Part shown: piece by piece, positions 35,274 to 40,549 of the stretch | How positions within the stretch are numbered: the stretch's first letter is position 1 | Layout of the letters: every line of letters begins with the position of its first letter | Virus record (IMG/VR): IMGVR_UViG_3300034130_000054 | Coordinates: 1-40,549 of that record | Direction: 5' to 3' (one strand) | Origin: a virus | Taxonomy: Duplodnaviria > Caudoviricetes | Length of the DNA: 40,549 nucleotides | Translations under genes and position numbers: made by a program | Notes under the pieces: model-generated | Seen by the model: only the letters and a program-made list of their open reading frames with translations | What the model was told of the DNA's origin: nothing | Databases searched by the model: none

Positions 35274-35875
35274 GGGCATAGTGTGAGAACTCCTGCGATC
35301 ACCGCGACACTATTGGTTGGTTGGCCAGAACAAGTTGTTGGAAGGCCGGTAAGCGTTAGCGTGCCGGTGTGCGTCCCGCCGGAGGCCGGGAGCGCCGCAG
35401 TGGCGATCGAGTAAGCGGCCTCAGCAATAGTGGTGAGGCCACTGAGAGTGCTCCATGCGTTCATGGCTACTAAGCTGGCGTTACTGGCCATCCCCGCCAC
35501 AATGGCAACGGTTGTCGGCACGCCCGCATCCAAGTGCTGCGGTATCGAGTTTGCCTCTATCACGGTAGCGTTGGACACGTCGGTGCCGCTGAGCGCCCCG
35601 CCTGTAATCGTTCCGCCCGGCGTCACGCCTCCGGTTACCCATGCCGTGCCGTTCCAAGTTTCAAGCGCCAAAATCGTTGTATTCCACCCGGTCTCACCCT
35701 GGGCTGGCGACGATGGCCGTGTGGCGGTGGTCCAGTTTCCTAATATAAGGGCGCCGCCGAGGGTGAGGCCGCCTACCCACAGCGATGAAAAGCTTGGTGA
35801 CGGCGCGAACTGCGCGAATGCCCCGCCGCCTAGTGGAGCAAGGGCAAGGAGGATGGCAAGGAGAAGGTTACGCAT
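35270..35875 (-). CDS. Fibre-like protein with N-terminal signal peptide
   Basis: MRNLLLAILLALAPLGGGAFA. WTTATRPSSP...GWNTT...ETWNGTAW fibre motif. ALPASGGTHTGTL. Confidence 0.7.
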   Translation of the reverse strand: MRNLLLAILLALAPLGGGAFAQFAPSPSFSSLWVGGLTLGGALILGNWTTATRPSSPAQGETGWNTTILALETWNGTAWVTGGVTPGGTITGGALSGTDVSNATVIEANSIPQHLDAGVPTTVAIVAGMASNASLVAMNAWSTLSGLTTIAEAAYSIATAALPASGGTHTGTLTLTGLPTTCSGQPTNSVAVIAGVLTLCP

Positions 35876-36327
35876 TAGGGCTGCACCTGACAGAGAAGGC
35901 CATGATCCATGTAGAGGCTGCCAACAGGTAGCGACCTATGGTTCACGATGGGAATGGCACCTGGCGTTGTGGCTTGCGGGAGAGATGAAAGGATTAATGC
36001 GAGTCCGGCGGCTGTAAGCCATTGTGCGAGAGGGAGGGTTTCGCCACTGGCGGCAGTAACTACCAAAGGGGAAGCATCCCCCCCGGTGCTCCCCTGCAGG
36101 AAATTAACCCACTTTGCGGTCGCGCTAGACCCTGTAACGATGCAGATCCAAAGCTGCGCGTTAGTCGAGTCCCACACAATATCAGGCGCTTCACTTGCGG
36201 AGCCCGCTTGACCTGCGAGCTGTCCATTTGGGTTGCCCACCGTAGCGGCGATCATATTAATGACCTTGACGATCTGGACGCCCGCTGTTACCAATCCCGC
36301 AAAGGGCTCCTGGGTGGTGCCGCTCAT
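35875..36327 (-). CDS. Virion-associated hypothetical protein
   Basis: GNPNGQLAG...WDSTNAQLWIC...W motif. Confidence 0.6.
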   Translation of the reverse strand: MSGTTQEPFAGLVTAGVQIVKVINMIAATVGNPNGQLAGQAGSASEAPDIVWDSTNAQLWICIVTGSSATAKWVNFLQGSTGGDASPLVVTAASGETLPLAQWLTAAGLALILSSLPQATTPGAIPIVNHRSLPVGSLYMDHGLLCQVQP

Positions 36328-36848
36328 AGCGCGCTCCCCTCAAGCTCAAGCAAGGGGTCGAGTGCTGGCGTTTCCCTTGCCGGCCCCGCCGTCACGGTGA
36401 GGCTAGCCTGCCCCCGCCGGGCGGCGATCTCGAGCATCTTCTGCACTACATCCTCCGCAGTTGGCCGCTCGTCCACCCGCTTCTCGTAACGTCCCCTCGA
36501 GCGCCAAACCATGTCCGCTGCCCGAAGGGCAATCGCAGGGTCCTCGTCTTGGAGTTTCTCCCCTACGACCTTCGTTGCGCTGGCAAATAGCTCGTTGTCG
36601 ATATCCGTGAAACGGTTTTGAACGACCTCCTTGACAAGGGGATCGTTCAGAACGCGGCTTATGGAGACGGGTGTCATCCCCATAATCTGGGCGATATCGT
36701 TGCCCTTCATCCCGGTGAGGTGGAAGTTAACGATCCGAAGGTGCTTGCCAGTCAAACGGGTAAGGTTAAGCGCGCCTGACTGCCTGCGGCGACCAGAGAG
36801 CTTTTCCTCATCATACCTCGTTAGCCCGCCGCTACCGTCCATCCTCAT
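36324..36848 (-). CDS. HTH protein, probable terminase small subunit
   Basis: GMKGNDIAQIMGMTPVSISRVLNDP (HTH) followed by a helical region with IALRAA. Start uncertain (36848 or 36842). Confidence 0.55.
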   Translation of the reverse strand: MRMDGSGGLTRYDEEKLSGRRRQSGALNLTRLTGKHLRIVNFHLTGMKGNDIAQIMGMTPVSISRVLNDPLVKEVVQNRFTDIDNELFASATKVVGEKLQDEDPAIALRAADMVWRSRGRYEKRVDERPTAEDVVQKMLEIAARRGQASLTVTAGPARETPALDPLLELEGSAL

Positions 36849-37044
36849 CGTCCTCGCGGTCCGACCAACCCTTCTTCTTCCGCCGACCGGCAGCCTTCTT
36901 CGCGACCGCGCCCCGCCCGCGGCCGCCCTTAGAGATGAACTTCGACTTCGCAGCCATCTTCTTGGCGCCCTTACCATCCGCTCCCCGCGCGGAATGGTTG
37001 GCCTCCATAAGGGCATCCGTAAAGGACGAAAGATTGTTGGCCAC
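36832..37044 (-). CDS. Small Lys/Arg-rich protein
   Basis: GGGAGG RBS. KGAKKMAAKSKFISKGGRGRGAVAKKAAGRRKKK. Confidence 0.55.
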   Translation of the reverse strand: MANNLSSFTDALMEANHSARGADGKGAKKMAAKSKFISKGGRGRGAVAKKAAGRRKKKGWSDREDDEDGR

Positions 37045-37047
37045 TCG

Positions 37048-37254
37048 TTAATCCTCCCGATCCTTTGGCTTGCGGCCAGGATGAGCGATATGGCCCTGGT
37101 GCTCGTGGGCCTCCTTAAGCGAAGCATGCCCGTGGGGACCGCTCGAGGCGCTCCTTGGTCCAGCGCCCTGCTTACTTGTCGAGCCTGGACGATGGCCCCC
37201 GGAGGGGCCTTCCTTACTGCTCCCGTTCCCGCCCTTACCGCCAGTGTGTTTCAT
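37048..37254 (-). CDS. Small Gly/Lys/His-rich disordered protein
   Basis: 68 aa, fits the operon spacing. Confidence 0.5.
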   Translation of the reverse strand: MKHTGGKGGNGSSKEGPSGGHRPGSTSKQGAGPRSASSGPHGHASLKEAHEHQGHIAHPGRKPKDRED

Positions 37255-37294
37255 TCCCGGAGTCCTTCTTGTTACCAGACTAAGTGCCGGCCCG

Positions 37295-37741
37295 TTAAGC
37301 GGACTTCGCCCCCTTGAGGAAGCTCACCCAGGCACCGCCCCCGAGGGAGGTAATACCCTGCACCTCGAATACAGCCCGTGCCCCACCACTCAGCGTTGCG
37401 CTAACGCTCGAAGCCCCGCCGTCGATGCTGTCCGCGCCCTGCGTGTCGAGCAAGGCTGCGACAGTCGCATTATTGAAAACGTTCACATCTCCGCCAAGAC
37501 CCACCACCGTGGCCACTGGGAGGCTGAAGTGCGTGGCGCTTGCGCTCACAACCCCAAGGGTATTAACCGCCGCCGCGAGAGTCGGCCCGCCTCCCCGAAC
37601 AGAGCCACCAGCCGCGACACTTGCCACACCCTTCTGCCCAAAGGCCAAAACCTTCGGCAGCGCCACTCGCCCGAGGGCGGGCTGTGGTGTCACCATGGCA
37701 AAGTCAATATCGCTGCCAACTGGAAGAACTTCTACCATCAC
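37295..37741 (-). CDS. Ala/Gly/Val-rich virion-like protein
   Basis: 148 aa, coupled to the upstream gene. Confidence 0.6.
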   Translation of the reverse strand: MMVEVLPVGSDIDFAMVTPQPALGRVALPKVLAFGQKGVASVAAGGSVRGGGPTLAAAVNTLGVVSASATHFSLPVATVVGLGGDVNVFNNATVAALLDTQGADSIDGGASSVSATLSGGARAVFEVQGITSLGGGAWVSFLKGAKSA

Positions 37742-38121
37742 TTTTCCGAACGCTGTGCGTCCGCCTCCTTAACAATTCGATCGTGCTCTGCCCAAGGAAG
37801 CCCTAGTTCCTCAACCACAATCCGCTCGACCCTCGTCGCAAGGACATGCTGCACATGATAGGGCGCGTTAGGTTGGTCGCCCGGCTCGCCCTCTTCGTTA
37901 AACTTAAGGTCGAACGCATCGACCACATCCGCGTTGATGCCTGCTTGCTCGCAGTAGAGGGCTTCCGTTAGCTCATGCAGGATAACGCCAATCTCACTCC
38001 GCCGGTCGGCCATCTGGCTAACCCGCACTCGAAGGGTGCGGCCGTCGGCGGAGAAGAACCAATCCCCCACCGTCGAATACCTCTGTCGCCGAGCGGGAAT
38101 TACCTTGATCTCGATCTTCAT
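37738..38121 (-). CDS. Conserved-looking phage protein with HExxE putative metal-binding motif
   Basis: QRYSTVGDW...ILHELTEA...EPGDQPNAPYHVQH...W. Confidence 0.7.
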   Translation of the reverse strand: MKIEIKVIPARRQRYSTVGDWFFSADGRTLRVRVSQMADRRSEIGVILHELTEALYCEQAGINADVVDAFDLKFNEEGEPGDQPNAPYHVQHVLATRVERIVVEELGLPWAEHDRIVKEADAQRSEK

Positions 38122-38321
38122 TTCGACCCCGGCGGACCGAAAGCTAGCCCCGCGGGAGAGGAAGACTCAAGGCCCCCACCTAAGCCTTCCTCCCCCTTCC
38201 GGCGCGCTCGCGCCAGGAACCCTTCAAGCAACTCTTGTGCTCTCTCCGGCGCCGCCTGCGCGGCCGTGCTTCCCATGAAGCGCGCGAGCCAAGCGGGAGA
38301 AAGATCGTTAAGTTGCATCAT
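38118..38321 (-). CDS. Hypothetical protein, first late gene
   Basis: AAGGAG upstream of ATG 38321. ATGA-coupled to the downstream gene. Confidence 0.5.
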   Translation of the reverse strand: MMQLNDLSPAWLARFMGSTAAQAAPERAQELLEGFLARARRKGEEGLGGGLESSSPAGLAFGPPGSK

Positions 38322-38367
38322 CAAGGGAGGGCTCCTTAGCTGGCCCGCAACGCCGGGGCCTGGGTGC

Positions 38368-38396
38368 ACTGTGGTGGGCATGTAGCACCCGGTCAA
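38368..38396 (-). promoter_or_regulatory. Possible late-operon promoter
   Basis: TTGACC, 17-nt spacer, CACAGT on the minus strand. Confidence 0.3.
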
Positions 38397-38436
38397 GACA
38401 ATTCAGAGGGGTTATTCGGGCGGCACTGCGCGCTAG

Positions 38437-38466
38437 GGTGGAATGTTTACCGGGCGACATTCCATA
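38437..38466 (-). promoter_or_regulatory. Dispersed intergenic motif, copy 4 (perfect-stem variant)
   Basis: Reverse complement TATGGAATGTCGCCCGGTAAACATTCCACC. Confidence 0.7.
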
Positions 38467-38603
38467 ATCGCCCCCCTCCCTTAATCGCGCGTCAGCGCGA
38501 TGTGCGATAGCCCGATAGGGTTGAAAGTGTTTGGAACTCGGGAAAATTCGTGGGGAGGCGCCCCCCTCCCCCAATACTTGCACAAGGGGCCCTCTATACT
38601 GTA

Positions 38604-38904
38604 TCGTTACTTGAGCGTAAGGTGTATTACTATCGTTCGACAGGTCGTTACCTTCTACACCTTAGTAATGACCTTATCATTACGAGGAGTAACTGCTAAC
38701 GTTAATTGGGGATAACGACTTGTCGTTACACTTGAGTACTGCATCGTTACGCTCTCGCAGGACGATCGTTGTTACCACTAAGGAGGTAACAATACTAACA
38801 ACTTGGGGAATACTACTCAGGTATTGCCCAGCGGGCAGGAATTGATTCCTATCGCCTATCGTAACAACACACCCGGAATGATTTCGTTACGCTGCCAGTA
38901 ACTA
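38604..38904. repeat. Array of TCGTTAC-like heptamers in both orientations
   Basis: TCGTTAC at 38604, 38645, 38723, 38744 and 38884. Variants at 38665, 38677, 38689, 38712, 38769, 38786, 38861 and 38898. Confidence 0.75.
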
Positions 38905-39025
38905 CCTGCCCATGCGCCTAGCGCATAGGTCTACGGTAGCCCGCTACGCCGGCCCGACCCACCAGCCATGCGTGCTGCCCACGCCAGCCCTGCGTGTTGA
39001 GCAATCGCCAGTTACCCTTCGCCCG

Positions 39026-39054
39026 TTGCATCCCCCCCAGCTATCTGCTAGGGT
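39026..39054 (+). promoter_or_regulatory. Putative early sigma70 promoter
   Basis: TTGCAT, 17-nt spacer, TAGGGT preceded by TGC. Confidence 0.45.
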
Positions 39055-39127
39055 GCTGGTGTTGGGGCAGAGACGGCCAGCCCGGCCACCCCCCACCCCG
39101 CTAGTCAGCCAGCTAAGGAACACCACC

Positions 39128-39388
39128 ATGACATCATCCAGCCCCAGCCCCAGCCGCACCCCCCACCCCATCTTCGCCAGCCCGCTGGAAGCCGCCACCT
39201 TCTTACTCATCTGGGAGTCCGATCTGGCCGACGGCCGGATTACCCCCCAGCAGCTCGCTTGCATGCAGCCGCTCGTAGGGGCTCTGAGCGGGCTGGCGGC
39301 GTGCTGCCAGGCGGGCATAGCGCCTGCGCCCCGTGCCGGCTGGCCCGCCACTCGCCATCCGACCACTCGCCATCCGACAGTAGTCTAG
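39128..39388 (+). CDS. Hypothetical early protein
   Basis: AAGGA RBS before ATG 39128. 3' part of ORF 38912..39388. Confidence 0.55.
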   Translation: MTSSSPSPSRTPHPIFASPLEAATFLLIWESDLADGRITPQQLACMQPLVGALSGLAACCQAGIAPAPRAGWPATRHPTTRHPTVV

Positions 39389-39397
39389 CCCCTACCC

Positions 39398-39434
39398 TGC
39401 TAGCACCCCGCCCCGCCCCGCCCCGGTGCTAGCA
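39398..39434. other. 10-bp stem enclosing (CCCCG)4
   Basis: TGCTAGCACC...GGTGCTAGCA. Confidence 0.75.
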
Positions 39435-39492
39435 TAGCAGGAACTAGATCCAGCCATCCTGGCCCGGTCACTCCTGGAATAGGAACCTACCA

Positions 39493-40053
39493 ATGTCCGA
39501 TACAGCCACCGCCGCCAAGCGCACTCGCAACCGGCGCGCCCGCATGCAGATCGACCCCGCCGCCCAGACCGTGACCTTCTCTCCGTTTAAGCCAGGCACC
39601 CATGAGCCCGATGGCCGGGTGTTCACCGCGGAACTATCCCGGCTGCCGCCTGCCATCGTCACGCTGCTCGCGCTCGATCGCCTGCGCAACAAGTTGATGG
39701 ATAGCTACGCCGATCCGGAGTCGGATATCCTCACGCAGTGTGGCGAGACTTATGACATGCTCGCGGCGGGCACATGGGCCGCGCCACGGGGCGAGACCGC
39801 CGAGCGCACCACCCTGTTCGCCGAAGCCTACGCCTCACTCAAGAAGATAGATTTGGAAGATGCAAAGGCGCGCATCAACTCAATTTTGGCCGGGGATGAT
39901 GACGATCGGAAGCGGACTCTTGATGGATGGCGCCGCCACCCGCAGATCGTGGCGGAAATGACAAGCATTTCGGCGGCCAAAGCCGCCGAACGGGCGCGCG
40001 TGGCGCGGAAAGCCGCAAAGGGCACTGCCGAGCCCGATTTCGCCGACCTTTAA
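39493..40053 (+). CDS. Conserved-looking early phage protein
   Basis: 186 aa, AGGA RBS, strong GC3 codon bias. KLMDSYA...LAAGTW...LFAEA. Confidence 0.8.
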   Translation: MSDTATAAKRTRNRRARMQIDPAAQTVTFSPFKPGTHEPDGRVFTAELSRLPPAIVTLLALDRLRNKLMDSYADPESDILTQCGETYDMLAAGTWAAPRGETAERTTLFAEAYASLKKIDLEDAKARINSILAGDDDDRKRTLDGWRRHPQIVAEMTSISAAKAAERARVARKAAKGTAEPDFADL

Positions 40054-40116
40054 CCCCCTCGGCCCCCTGCCCGCCCTGCGGGCAGGACGGACGGGCGGAC
40101 GGGCGGACGGACGGGT

Positions 40117-40153
40117 GGCTGGACGGGTTTCCCCGCCCGGCCATTCGTTTTTT
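40117..40153 (+). terminator. Putative intrinsic terminator
   Basis: Imperfect stem GGCTGGACGGG-TTTC-CCCGCCCGGCC followed by ATTCGTTTTTT. Confidence 0.5.
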
Positions 40154-40312
40154 CTGCCCACCCGGCGCGTTCCGCGCCCTGCCCGCCACCACCATGCCAG
40201 TCCCGCCCGCCGGCCGCCAGCAGCCTATCCTAGGCCCGCGCTGCGCTAGCGTAACGAACCGCCCTGCCCCTGGACCCGCCAACTGGCCTGTCAGCTGGTT
40301 TGGTGGTTGGGG

Positions 40313-40475
40313 CTGTCGATATCTGTCGATGCCTGTCGGACAGCCTGCCCATACCCCCCCCCCTTAGTGCTCTCCCTTCCATATTTGAAAATTTTTTTTT
40401 TAAGAGAGAAGGGGAGTGCCACAGGGGGGGGGGGGGTGGGCAAGCTGTCCGACAGATATCGACAGACCAGGACAG
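40313..40475. repeat. Long imperfect inverted repeat around an AT-rich core
   Basis: Left arm CTGTCG x3 then C10. Core ATATTTGAAAATTTTTTTTTTAA. Right arm G13 then (C/G)GACAG x3. Confidence 0.85.
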
Positions 40476-40549
40476 CCCATGACGGTAAACGATCGCCCCA
40501 GCGCACCCAGCGCGCCACGTCTATTGACACCATCCCGCGTCCAGCCCAT
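40412..40549. repeat. Terminal direct repeat or assembly overlap, right copy
   Basis: Matches 1-138. Confidence 0.95.

Noticed and set aside
36849-37127. Arg-rich N-terminal extension of ORF 36324..37127
   Set aside because: It overlaps two small ORFs with better RBS context and reads like off-frame translation.
38604-38904. Degenerate CRISPR array
   Set aside because: Repeats are only about 7 bp, occur in both orientations and are irregularly spaced.
40313-40475. Protelomerase target (telRL)
   Set aside because: The palindrome centre is imperfect and no tyrosine-recombinase-like protelomerase gene was recognised.

Overview
The window is an apparently complete ~40.4 kb tailed dsDNA phage genome with podovirus-like architecture. 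Positions 1-138 recur at 40412-40549, so it is circularly permuted or terminally redundant. The + strand arm (about 39100 through the junction to 12640) carries early and replication genes: small hypotheticals, a Panacea/DUF4065 antitoxin next to an IS1-like remnant, a Cas4-like exonuclease, a Sak4-like ATPase, an SSB-like protein, a ParB-DNA methyltransferase fusion, a family A DNA polymerase split into two ORFs with an N-terminal uracil-DNA glycosylase domain, and a DUF3987-like protein. The - strand arm (38400 to 12590) is the late operon: probable TerS, signal-peptide-bearing fibre-like proteins, lysis genes, a papain-like peptidase, TerL, a HAD-like protein, a divergent PurD-like ATP-grasp ligase, portal, scaffold, capsid, tail adaptor and tube, a GNAT and internal virion proteins. 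I recognised no integrase, repressor, RNA polymerase, primase, tRNA or CRISPR array. An alphaproteobacterial host (possibly Acetobacteraceae) is inferred, not shown. The best leads are: (1) the PurD-like ligase plus HAD pair coupled between TerL and portal; (2) an orphan antitoxin cassette bounded by a 9-bp duplication and an IS1-like end; (3) a four-copy, transcription-oriented hairpin motif; (4) a cluster of fibre-like proteins with export signals; (5) the split polymerase with His at the 762-equivalent position; and (6) two structured non-coding loci that are origin or packaging-site candidates. All family assignments come from motif recognition by eye, with no database searches.
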